This document shows, piece by piece, positions 1 to 7,538 of a stretch of DNA of 24,000 bases. Each line of letters begins with the position of its first letter. Position 1 is the first letter of the stretch. Where the stretch lies: contig CAUQMS010000022.1 of NCBI GenBank assembly GCA_963519305.1, positions 1 to 24,000 of the forward strand. The letters are read 5' to 3'. A program made the translations under genes and the position numbers. The stretch is from an uncultured Enterobacterales bacterium (lineage in GTDB: Bacteria; Pseudomonadota; Gammaproteobacteria; Enterobacterales; Enterobacteriaceae). The notes beneath the pieces were generated by a model. It searched no databases, was not told the origin of the DNA, and saw nothing but the letters and a program-made list of their open reading frames with translations.

Positions 1-9
1 CCCGGTCAG

Positions 10-70
10 TGGAGGCGCATTATAGGGAGTTCTCAGAAGGCCGCAACCCCTAAAATACAAATAAATTACC
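10..70 (-). promoter_or_regulatory. rRNA-operon P1-type promoter (rrnB P1-like), firing leftward out of the window
   Basis: The reverse complement of 1-70 reads GGTAATTTATTTGTATTTTAGGGG-TTGCGG(46->41)-CCTTCTGAGAACTCCC(16 nt)-TATAAT(24->19)-GCGCCTCC-A(10)CTGACCGGG. It has an A/T-rich UP-like tract, a 16-nt spacer ending AACTCCC, a consensus -10 and a GC-rich discriminator. This matches E. coli rrnB P1 as recalled from memory (TTGTCA-GGCCGGAATAACTCCC-TATAAT-GCGCCACCACTGACACGG). Its position just downstream of murI matches the E. coli murI-rrnB synteny. Confidence 0.7.
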
Positions 71-98
71 GACCGGTGAATCTTTCATCAAAAGGTGC

Positions 99-980
99 TT
101 AAATCGGCAATTCCTGGATGCTTTTGAAGCCATATGCCTGCAAAACAGGCAGCAGGATTTCCGTCTCAGCCGTTGCTGCCATGCAATACGCCAGACTCTC
201 TATTTCAACACCCTCTTTCTTGGCTGGGATATTCTTATGCGTCGTTTCAATTAACCAATGCGCGCGACGTGCAATCGCTGATCCTGAATCAATCAGTCGC
301 GTTCCATCCGGTAATACCTGCGCCAGCTCCTCACTTAACAGCGGAAAATGGGTACAGCCGAGAACAACCGTGTCCGGTGGCTCTTGCATACGTAACCAGG
401 GCTGGAGGATTTTCTTCAATACTGGCAGAGATACCGCAGCACCATGCAGCTTCGCTTCGGCAATTTCCACCAGCTCGGCAGAACCCAACATGAGGATTTT
501 GCAATCCGTCGCAAATCGGGCAATGAGATCGTGAGTATAAGGACGCTGTACGGTTGCGCGCGTTGCCAACAGGCCAACTACCCCGTTACGCGTCAGTTTT
601 GCTGCAGGTTTGATAGCAGGAACAACGCCGACGACCGGGCAGGCGAATTTGGCACGCAGTGCAGGAAGGGAAACGGTGCTCGCGGTATTACAGGCAATAA
701 CAATAATAGAGAGGGGATGACGCGCTGCCACTGCGCTAACAATCTCGACCACGCGCTCGACAATAAATTCTTCGGACTTTTCGCCATAAGGGAAAGCCAC
801 GTTATCGAATGCATATATATAGTGAAGGTCCGGCAGCATCTGCCGGACTTCATGATAAACCGATAACCCGCCGACGCCGGAGTCAAACACCAGCACCGTC
901 GGGCGGTCAGGAATTATCGAGCTGTCAGAAGGTATAGCTTCCAGTGAGGTAGTATTCACGTCCTGGTGTTTCGTAGCCAT
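99..980 (-). CDS. murI: Glutamate racemase MurI
   Basis: ORF 99..992. From MATKHQD (ATG at 980) it is colinear with E. coli MurI (MATKLQDGNTP...[16 protein letters not shown]...ACNTAS...GCTHFP). Both catalytic Cys motifs (IACNTAS, LGCTHFP) are present. The start was chosen by homology; an upstream ATG at 992 is possible. Confidence 0.95.
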   Translation of the reverse strand: MATKHQDVNTTSLEAIPSDSSIIPDRPTVLVFDSGVGGLSVYHEVRQMLPDLHYIYAFDNVAFPYGEKSEEFIVERVVEIVSAVAARHPLSIIVIACNTASTVSLPALRAKFACPVVGVVPAIKPAAKLTRNGVVGLLATRATVQRPYTHDLIARFATDCKILMLGSAELVEIAEAKLHGAAVSLPVLKKILQPWLRMQEPPDTVVLGCTHFPLLSEELAQVLPDGTRLIDSGSAIARRAHWLIETTHKNIPAKKEGVEIESLAYCMAATAETEILLPVLQAYGFKSIQELPI

Positions 981-2805
981 AAACCGTCTCATAATCTTTA
1001 TCTAAGAGGTTGGCAATTCTACCACGAACGGTCAGATGTGACGTCACAGGATATGACACCGCCAGATCCCAAAGACTGACTCCACCGAGTTTTACATTCT
1101 CGTTGGTATTAAAGTCCGTATCATAACGCTCACCCAGATATTGATAATTGATCGACCAGTCTAAATCAGCCACCGTCCAGTCCAGCTGATATTTCGCCTG
1201 CTGTTTGGCACGACGCAATAAGATCTCGTTGGTCTCAGCATTACGCGGATCTAAATATTCCAGTGTGATGCCGTGATGCAGAGGACCGGTGTCAAAGTTA
1301 CCCGTCCATTCAACGCCTTTAATCGTGGCCTTATCGACGTTGTAATAGCCTTGCTCCTGATTGTAGTAACTGATCATCTGATCGATGTCGTTACGATAGG
1401 CGGACAAACGCCAGCTCAGCGGACCGGTCAGACCTTCCAGTCCACCTTCCCACTCTTTACTCTCTTCTGGCTTCAGGTCAGGGTTACCGCCAAAGCTGCC
1501 ATAGAGTTGCCCCAGATTCGGTGCTTTGAACGCCGTACCGTAGGAAGCGATGACGCGGTAGCCGTCGATGAACTCCCACGCTGCGCTGCTTTGCCAGGTG
1601 CCGTGCGAACCAAACTGAGAGTTATCATCATTACGCACGGCACCTTCGAGCGTAAAATCACTGACCTTCTGCTGGGCCGTAACATACACGCCGGTGTTGT
1701 GCTGAGTATAACCATCAGTAATGTAGTTAGTGCCCGGCTGGGTACTGAGTTCCTGCCAGTCTGCCCCCGCGCTCACGGCACCCTGCCCAACCTGAAAGGT
1801 GTTACCCCATTGCAGGTTGTACTGGTCAGAATCATCAAGGGTGGCAGAAGCGGAATATGGGCCGTATTTCGGATCGTAGTTATAGTCTTTGGTATTGCTA
1901 TAACTACCGCTGAACTGGGTCGAGTAAATCCCCTGCTGAAAACGTAATCCGGTGTCATACGTGCGGCTATATAACCGACGCGTATCCGGCAGGGCATCAG
2001 GATGCGCCGGATCAGCGTAACTGTAAGTGCCGTCATAAGCAGTACGGTTATCAAAACCGTATGCGCGGGCAAAACCGCTGAACTGTTCATTGAAGTGATG
2101 CTCAAGGCCGGCCCAGAGGGTTTTACTCATAAAACCATCGCGGTCTGGCTGGCGCGGGTCGCCATAATTGTCCGGCAAGTTAGCTACGACGTCAGTGCCT
2201 TTAGTGTAAGTATAGTTACCGGCCACCGTTGCGACTGTGTTTTCTCCTAGTTTCTGCTGGGTAGAACCGCCATAGGTTTGGTAACCATTAGAGCCGATAC
2301 CTGTCGTTAGCGTGGTACCCAGCTTATCGCGGGTGGTAATAATGTTAACCACACCACCGATGGCATCAGAGCCATACACAGCCGAACGGGGCCCGCGAAT
2401 AAACTCAATGCGCTGCACCAGAGAAATCGGGATTTGGCTAAGATCGACAGAACCAGAGACGCCGGCCTGATTTAAACGCACGCCATCCATCAGCACTAAT
2501 GTGTGGCTGGAGTTGGTGCCGCGAACGAATAAAGAACTTTGCTGCCCCATTCCGCCATTCTGTGCAATATCCACACCCGGTAAGCGACGTAAGACATCCA
2601 CCACCGATGTGGACTGCCAGCGGTCAATATCATCACGGGTGACAATATCCATTGGTGCTAATACGGATGACACCGGCTGCGGGAAGCGGTTGGCGGTAAC
2701 CACGAGGTCGTCGCTGTTATCCGAAGAAGAGGTACTGTCTTGCGCCCACCCTGAAAAAGCTGTGACAGATAATACCGCCAGCAGCGCGTGCTTTTTAATT
2801 GTCAT
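925..2805 (-). CDS. btuB: TonB-dependent outer-membrane cobalamin transporter BtuB
   Basis: ORF 925..2850, with the start trimmed to [22 protein letters not shown] (signal peptide, ATG at 2805). It has a TonB box ([10 protein letters not shown]), a plug domain and a C-terminal ...YYLTGSYTF ending in an aromatic residue. It is preceded by a cobalamin riboswitch and followed by an overlapping murI, as in E. coli. Confidence 0.95.
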   Translation of the reverse strand: MTIKKHALLAVLSVTAFSGWAQDSTSSSDNSDDLVVTANRFPQPVSSVLAPMDIVTRDDIDRWQSTSVVDVLRRLPGVDIAQNGGMGQQSSLFVRGTNSSHTLVLMDGVRLNQAGVSGSVDLSQIPISLVQRIEFIRGPRSAVYGSDAIGGVVNIITTRDKLGTTLTTGIGSNGYQTYGGSTQQKLGENTVATVAGNYTYTKGTDVVANLPDNYGDPRQPDRDGFMSKTLWAGLEHHFNEQFSGFARAYGFDNRTAYDGTYSYADPAHPDALPDTRRLYSRTYDTGLRFQQGIYSTQFSGSYSNTKDYNYDPKYGPYSASATLDDSDQYNLQWGNTFQVGQGAVSAGADWQELSTQPGTNYITDGYTQHNTGVYVTAQQKVSDFTLEGAVRNDDNSQFGSHGTWQSSAAWEFIDGYRVIASYGTAFKAPNLGQLYGSFGGNPDLKPEESKEWEGGLEGLTGPLSWRLSAYRNDIDQMISYYNQEQGYYNVDKATIKGVEWTGNFDTGPLHHGITLEYLDPRNAETNEILLRRAKQQAKYQLDWTVADLDWSINYQYLGERYDTDFNTNENVKLGGVSLWDLAVSYPVTSHLTVRGRIANLLDKDYETVYGYETPGREYYLTGSYTF

Positions 2806-3108
2806 GAATCGAGCATCCAAACTTAATTGGCGGATGCCGCAGAAAAACACCGGCGTTTTCGCGACGACAGTGAAGTTGCGACGTAATATCGGCAGGTTTT
2901 CGGACTTAGGATTTGTTGGTTATCAAAGAAAGAAATAATAAACCGCCACCGGGCGATGACTTCCCATCTCTTCTTTTCTCTCCCTTATAAATAAAGAATA
3001 AGAAGAAGACAGTGTCTGCAAAATGAATGTGCTATCGCCGTGCTTTCCCCATACCGCTGCGCGCCAGTTCCGGATTCACACCGGATTCCCTTTTAACTCA
3101 GTTATTGA
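2806..3108 (-). promoter_or_regulatory. Cobalamin (AdoCbl) riboswitch / btuB leader
   Basis: The minus-strand RNA contains GUUAAAAGGGAAUCCGGUGUGAAUCCGGAACUGGCGCGCAGCGGUAU (rc of 3051-3098). It contains GAUGGGAAGUCAUC, and a B12 box CCUAAGUCCGAAAACCUGCC (rc of 2891-2910). A GCAUCC...GGAUGC hairpin (rc of 2832-2837 and 2813-2818) covers the SD region 7 nt before the ATG. All of this parallels the E. coli btuB leader as recalled from memory. Confidence 0.9.
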
Positions 3109-3196
3109 GGCCGAATGGCATCCTACGATCAACCCGTTTGGAAATCCAGACATCCATCGTAGAGAACGTCCTTTCCCCCGGAAATGACGACAAGAC

Positions 3197-3231
3197 TGGA
3201 CATACCGGGGACATTCCCTAAAATCCCCCGC
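3197..3231 (+). promoter_or_regulatory. Candidate trmA promoter with rRNA-P1-like architecture
   Basis: TGGACA (3197-3202), a 16-nt spacer, TAAAAT (3219-3224), then the GC-rich discriminator CCCCCGC (3225-3231), about 40 nt upstream of the trmA ATG. The E. coli trmA promoter is reported to share rRNA P1 features (growth-rate control). This is a sequence-only call. Confidence 0.45.
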
Positions 3232-3270
3232 AAAGTTCGCCCATTTATTCCCTGCCAGACGAGAAAACCG

Positions 3271-4371
3271 ATGACGCCTGAAAACCTGCCCATTGAACAG
3301 TACGACGACCAGCTGGCGGAAAAGACCGCACGTCTCACGGCGATGATGTCGCCTTTTAATGCGCCGCAGCCTGACGTTTTCCGTTCGCCAGTCAGCCATT
3401 ACCGTATGCGCGCCGAGTTCCGCGTCTGGCATGACGAAGGCGATCTGTACCACATCATGTTTGATCAACAGACCAAAGCCCGCGTGCGGGTGGACCAGTT
3501 CCCTGCTGCCAGCGAGATCATCAACCGTCTGATGCCGGCCCTTATCGCCGCCATCAAACAAGACCCCGCCCTGCGCCGTAAAATCTTCCAGATTGATTAT
3601 CTGTCTACTCGCAGCGGCAAAGTGATCGCGTCACTGCTTTACCACCGTAAGCTGGACGACGAGTGGACGCAGGCCGCAATGCTACTGCGCGACCAACTGC
3701 GTGAGCAGGGTTTTGATATTCAGCTGATTGGCCGTGCGTCCAAAACCAAAATCATGCTGGATCAGGACTATATCGATGAAGTTTTACCGGTCGCTGGCCG
3801 CGACATGATTTACCGTCAGGTAGAAAACAGCTTCACCCAGCCAAATGCCGAAATGAATATTCAAATGCTGGAGTGGGCGCTGGACGTGACCGAAGGGTCA
3901 ACCGGTGATTTGCTGGAGCTCTACTGCGGTAACGGCAACTTCTCGCTGGCACTGGCACGCAACTTTAACCGCGTGCTGGCAACAGAAATCGCCAAGCCGT
4001 CAGTCGCTGCCGCGCAGTACAACATCGCAGCTAACCACATCGACAATGTGCAGATTATCCGCATGGCCGCCGAAGATTTCACTCAGGCGATGAACGGCGT
4101 GCGCGAGTTCCGCCGTCTGAAAGACATTGAACTGACCGCCTACAACTGCAACACGATCTTTGTCGATCCACCGCGCAGCGGGCTGGATGAAGATACGGTG
4201 AAAATGGTGCAGGGTTACGACCGCATCCTTTATATTTCCTGTAACCCTGAAACGCTGAGCGCCAATCTCGAAACGCTGAGCCAGACACACCGTCTGACTA
4301 AGCTCGCACTTTTCGATCAGTTCCCGTACACGCACCATATGGAATGTGGCGTATTACTGGAAAAAATCTGA
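3271..4371 (+). CDS. trmA: tRNA (uracil54-C5)-methyltransferase TrmA
   Basis: ORF 3184..4371, trimmed to [18 protein letters not shown] (ATG 3271), which aligns with the E. coli TrmA N-terminus MTPEHLPTEQYEAQLAEK. It carries the SAM-MTase motifs [15 protein letters not shown] and FVDPPRSG and the catalytic Cys in ISCNPET. Length is 366 aa. Confidence 0.95.
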   Translation: MTPENLPIEQYDDQLAEKTARLTAMMSPFNAPQPDVFRSPVSHYRMRAEFRVWHDEGDLYHIMFDQQTKARVRVDQFPAASEIINRLMPALIAAIKQDPALRRKIFQIDYLSTRSGKVIASLLYHRKLDDEWTQAAMLLRDQLREQGFDIQLIGRASKTKIMLDQDYIDEVLPVAGRDMIYRQVENSFTQPNAEMNIQMLEWALDVTEGSTGDLLELYCGNGNFSLALARNFNRVLATEIAKPSVAAAQYNIAANHIDNVQIIRMAAEDFTQAMNGVREFRRLKDIELTAYNCNTIFVDPPRSGLDEDTVKMVQGYDRILYISCNPETLSANLETLSQTHRLTKLALFDQFPYTHHMECGVLLEKI

Positions 4372-4390
4372 CCGGTTGATACTGAACTTT

Positions 4391-4425
4391 AATAAAAATG
4401 GGCACCCGGCGTGCCCATTTTTATT
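4391..4425. terminator. Bidirectional rho-independent terminator (trmA / rhiN convergent)
   Basis: AATAAAAATGGGCAC-CCGGC-GTGCCCATTTTTATT: an 8-bp GC-rich stem (4398-4405 / 4411-4418) flanked by an A-run and a T-run. It reads as stem plus U-tract on both strands and sits between the convergent stops at 4371 and 4449. Confidence 0.8.
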
Positions 4426-4448
4426 AAGTAGATCTCCCCCTCTGCTTT

Positions 4449-5588
4449 TTACAGATACACCCGCAAATACTCTGACAGACACAAAATCGCCATTGCCTGC
4501 CCGTAAGGCATAGACGTGAGCGCAATTTGACGATAGAAATCCAGATCTTTACCCATCGCCGTGCCGAAAGAGGTTTGCGTCAGTTCGCCCGCCGGATTGA
4601 TATGCTTAATCACGCCCCGTATGGCTTTCTCCGCCACCGGTGCATAAGACGCATCGATATAGCGCTTGCGCACCGCTTTCAACATTCCGTAGGCGAAACC
4701 GGCCGTCGCAGAGCTTTCGAGATAAGAGTGCGGGTCATCGAGCAACGTATGCCACAGACCGCTTGTATCCTGGCACTTCGCCAGTGCCGCCACCTGACTC
4801 TCCAGCACCTGCAATAAATAACGGCGGGTGGCGTTATTCTCAGGTAAATCGACCAGTTCGAGGAATTCCGGGATAGCGATCGTCAGCCAGCTGTTGCCGC
4901 GGGCCCAGCGGGCATGGGCAAAGTTATGATGACCGTCGAACGTCCAGCCGTGGAACCACAATCCGGTTTCCCGGTCCATCAGATATTGCACATGTACCAG
5001 AAACTGATAGGTCGCTTCTTCAATGTATTCAGGTTTATCCAGCAGCTTGCCGATTTTCGCCAACGGCAGGACGCTCATCATCAGGGTGTCATCCCACATT
5101 TGCTGATGGTTTTCATTGTTGTAAACAATGTGCTGCATCGCGCCTTTATCGGTGCGTGGCATCTCGTACATCACCCACTCCGCCCAGCGCTCCAGATAAG
5201 GCCGCCATAACGGATTGCCCGTTTCTTCGTAGCGGTAAGCCAGCGTCAGGAACGGACTCATGGTATTTACGTTCTTCGTCGGTGTGCCTTCTGCCAGCCG
5301 CGCAATGAACCAGTCATCAATGATGGCGCGCATCTGCCCGTCGCCGGTCTGCTGGTAATACTGATAAATCCCGTACAGGCCGATGCCATGTGTCCATTCC
5401 CAGCCCGCCCAGCCTTTGGTATCAATCACCCGGCCATCATCAAGACGCAAAAGAAACTCACCGGTTTTATCTTCGATATTCACCAGATTATCAGTCACTT
5501 TGCGGATCAGCCCCTGCAACTCGCTGCGAGAAATAAAATGCTCAGGCTGTCTCAGTAATGCGCTGTGTTTCACTTCAAAAACGTGCAT
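4449..5588 (-). CDS. rhiN: GH105/GH88-family unsaturated rhamnogalacturonyl/glucuronyl hydrolase (RhiN/YteR-like)
   Basis: A 379-aa ORF with the family-typical motifs DTKGWAGWEWTHGIGLYG and QMWDDTLMM. A strong SD (AAGGAG, rc of 5595-5600) precedes the start, which is 15 nt after the stop of the upstream GPH transporter. This arrangement matches the Dickeya rhiT-rhiN operon. The symbol rests on family plus context, not a verified ortholog search. Confidence 0.8.
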   Translation of the reverse strand: MHVFEVKHSALLRQPEHFISRSELQGLIRKVTDNLVNIEDKTGEFLLRLDDGRVIDTKGWAGWEWTHGIGLYGIYQYYQQTGDGQMRAIIDDWFIARLAEGTPTKNVNTMSPFLTLAYRYEETGNPLWRPYLERWAEWVMYEMPRTDKGAMQHIVYNNENHQQMWDDTLMMSVLPLAKIGKLLDKPEYIEEATYQFLVHVQYLMDRETGLWFHGWTFDGHHNFAHARWARGNSWLTIAIPEFLELVDLPENNATRRYLLQVLESQVAALAKCQDTSGLWHTLLDDPHSYLESSATAGFAYGMLKAVRKRYIDASYAPVAEKAIRGVIKHINPAGELTQTSFGTAMGKDLDFYRQIALTSMPYGQAMAILCLSEYLRVYL

Positions 5589-5603
5589 ACATTTCTCCTT
5601 GAA

Positions 5604-7199
5604 TTATAAACGGTGGCCGGACTGCTGAACCGACAAATCGGCAGCAGTTTCACGGGTCAATTTTTGCGGTGGCGGATTGTGGCGATGCAAATAGCCAATA
5701 TTGTTATTGCCCCACAGCGATTCGTATTTCATCCCCGTCAGCACTTCAACTGTGGCGCGATCTTGTGGTGTGATCTGCTCAGGAACGATGCGGTTGGCGT
5801 CGCGCATCTTCTGTGTTTCCCGGGTCAGTACGCCGTGGGTTTTCAGATTGAGGCGAAAATAGAGGGAAATAACGAAGCCCATGGTCAGCATCACCAGCGA
5901 GCCTATCGTCAGCACACCCAGAATCGTGTGGCCTACCGACGGCAGTTGTTCGGTTTTGCCTGAAACAAAACCAGCCAGTTGCAAAATAATCCCCACCAGC
6001 ATGACGGCACCGGCCTGCGATGCTTTACGCGTGAGCGTCATGACACCCGCGAAGATCCCCTCGCGGCGCTGACCCGTGATGGTTTCATCCACGTCCGCAA
6101 TGTAGGTATAGATGTTCCACGGCACATAGTTGATACCACCGCGCCCGAGGCCAGCCAGTGCTGAAATCAGTAACAGCAGCGACATAGAATCGCTCATGTT
6201 GGTGAAATAGAGGATGCCGTAGGAGATCACCGCCAGGGCAAAAAGCGTCACCGCCAGCCGGTAAGAGGGGGCCGGCCCGAAGCGGATACAGAGCGGGATC
6301 ATGGCAATAACCGCCACAAATTGCAGAATAGCCATCATGCCCATCAGGTTCGAAGCCACGGTGGCGCTTTGCATCAGTACGAACACCACGTAATACGTAA
6401 ATACCGCGTTGAAGACATCCTGAGCAATATAGCCGCCAAGATACAAGCCGAGATGCTGACGGAAAATTTTGATACGCAGTGTTGAAGAGAGTTCCACTTT
6501 CAGGCGTTTCAGGCTTTGTGCCAGCGTCAGCTGCTGGCGTTCCCGCTCAATCTTCAGCATAGCTTCGGACTTAAGCGCTTCCGGGCGCTCCCAGGTGAAG
6601 AAATACACCATCGTCAGCACCAGCGCGCATATCACAGAGAACACCAGGCTCGAGTAGAAAAAGGAAATCGGATTATCCTTTCCGAGGTGCGAAAGCAGAA
6701 TACCCGGCAGGAACGCGGCCAGAATCGCTGACAGCTGGGCCAGGGCGATACGGGCGCCGGAGAATTTGGTCTTCTGTTTGAAATCGTCGGTCATTTCCGG
6801 CACCAGCGTTTCATAAGGCACCAGGATCATCGTGTAGACGATATCGAACAGCAGATAGGTCAGCAGATAGTAGACGTACCCCATATCGCCGACCCACATA
6901 AAGCTGTAGCTAAAGACGCAGGGAATACCGAGGAGGATGAAGAACTTGCGACGACCAAAGCGCTTACCGAGCCAGGTTCCACCAAAGTTATCGGTGAGGT
7001 AACCCATCAGCGGGCTGAGGACGGCATCCGCCACGCGGGCAGTGGCGAAAATAAAGGTCGCCTCGATGGGGCTCAGGCCACAAAACGTCGTGTAGAAATA
7101 GAGCAGCCAGGCCGCCGTCAGCGCCGTGGTGCCAGCGCCGAGAAAATCCCCGGAGCCGTAGGCCAGATAATTCAGTAATCCGATTTTCCGTGTTTTCAT
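5604..7199 (-). CDS. rhiT: GPH-family glycoside-pentoside-hexuronide:cation symporter (RhiT/YicJ-like)
   Basis: ORF 5604..7271. The likely start is MKTRKIGLLNYLAYGSGDF (ATG 7199; an alternative ATG is at 7208). It has a multi-TM profile and the GPH signature region SPLMGYLTDNFGGTWLGKRFGRRKFF. It is co-oriented with and 15 nt upstream of the GH105 gene. About 80 aa of hydrophilic C-terminal tail follows the last TM. Confidence 0.85.
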   Translation of the reverse strand: MKTRKIGLLNYLAYGSGDFLGAGTTALTAAWLLYFYTTFCGLSPIEATFIFATARVADAVLSPLMGYLTDNFGGTWLGKRFGRRKFFILLGIPCVFSYSFMWVGDMGYVYYLLTYLLFDIVYTMILVPYETLVPEMTDDFKQKTKFSGARIALAQLSAILAAFLPGILLSHLGKDNPISFFYSSLVFSVICALVLTMVYFFTWERPEALKSEAMLKIERERQQLTLAQSLKRLKVELSSTLRIKIFRQHLGLYLGGYIAQDVFNAVFTYYVVFVLMQSATVASNLMGMMAILQFVAVIAMIPLCIRFGPAPSYRLAVTLFALAVISYGILYFTNMSDSMSLLLLISALAGLGRGGINYVPWNIYTYIADVDETITGQRREGIFAGVMTLTRKASQAGAVMLVGIILQLAGFVSGKTEQLPSVGHTILGVLTIGSLVMLTMGFVISLYFRLNLKTHGVLTRETQKMRDANRIVPEQITPQDRATVEVLTGMKYESLWGNNNIGYLHRHNPPPQKLTRETAADLSVQQSGHRL

Positions 7200-7394
7200 T
7201 GCCGTCATGCCCCTGATTGAATCACCGTTACGCGTTGGCAGAATGCACACAGCCCACGGCCGGTCCGCCATGATTCAAATTAACGAGGGGTAGCAATGAA
7301 AACCTTTGTGGTTTTGCCACCCGTAATGACTTTATGGCAAAAAAACGAAGATGTGGACGATCAACGTCTAACTATTGAACGATGGTTCTATTTT

Positions 7395-7413
7395 AATGAA
7401 ACGATAGTTCATT
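7395..7413. promoter_or_regulatory. Candidate KdgR operator upstream of rhiT
   Basis: AATGAAACGATAGTTCATT. The first 17 nt match the published KdgR-box consensus AATRAAAYRNYRTTTYA at 16/17 positions, with imperfect dyad symmetry (AATGAA...TTCATT). The site lies in the rhiT 5' region, and rhiTN is a KdgR-regulon member in Dickeya. Confidence 0.5.
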
Positions 7414-7454
7414 AATAAACATCCGGCAGGCAATGATGACATGTCAGTTTAACG

Positions 7455-7486
7455 GCAATAAAAAGGGCAACCCGCAGGCTGCCCTT
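7455..7486 (-). terminator. Rho-independent terminator after yijD
   Basis: The minus strand reads AAGGGCAGCCTGCGGGTTGCCCTTTTTATTGCC. The stem is 7465-7472 / 7477-7484 (8 bp, one mismatch, CGCA-type loop) and is followed by TTTTTATT, about 50 nt after the yijD stop (7539). Confidence 0.75.
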
Positions 7487-7538
7487 GTGATGCTTTCCGC
7501 TAACGCTTTTGAGTCAGCGACAGCGCAGGAAGATTCAA

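Noticed and set aside
1273-1947. A 224-aa plus-strand ORF, plus several 80-145-aa ORFs, inside and antisense to btuB
   Set aside because: They are fully embedded antisense to a gene with strong homology support. Their translations are low-complexity and Arg/Val/Thr-rich, with no recognisable motifs, SD or promoter. These are typical shadow ORFs.
2806-2850. The 5' extensions offered by the ORF track for several genes: btuB to 2850, trmA from 3184, rhiT to 7271, sthA from 8739 (TTG), oxyR to 11126, M20 from 13268 (TTG), M24 from 16329, argH to 18921
   Set aside because: In each case a downstream start aligns with the conserved N-terminus of the family or the E. coli ortholog and has a better SD. 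Several extensions would run through regulatory elements (riboswitch, OxyR site, hairpins).
3076-3561. A 161-aa minus-strand ORF spanning the riboswitch 5' end, the trmA promoter and the trmA 5' coding region
   Set aside because: It overlaps a well-supported regulatory RNA and trmA. Its translation is Arg/His-rich and shows no family resemblance.
7299-7315. AAAACC-N5-GGTTTT inverted repeat near the rhiT start, considered as a second KdgR box or CRP site
   Set aside because: It matches the KdgR consensus poorly beyond AATGAAA, and the half-site spacing is wrong. It does not fit TGTGA-N6-TCACA. It also lies inside the small ORF and may simply be coding or chance.
4391-7490. The terminators flanking the rhiTN cassette (AATAAAAATGGGCACCCGGCGTGCCC at 4391 and AATAAAAAGGGCAACCCGCAGGCTGCCC at 7457) look like imperfect direct repeats, suggesting an insertion scar
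   Set aside because: The same GGGCAC...GTGCCC stem design recurs at the unrelated argE terminator (23479-23496). A-run/GC-stem/T-run is the generic terminator grammar, so the similarity is not evidence of a target-site duplication without comparative data.
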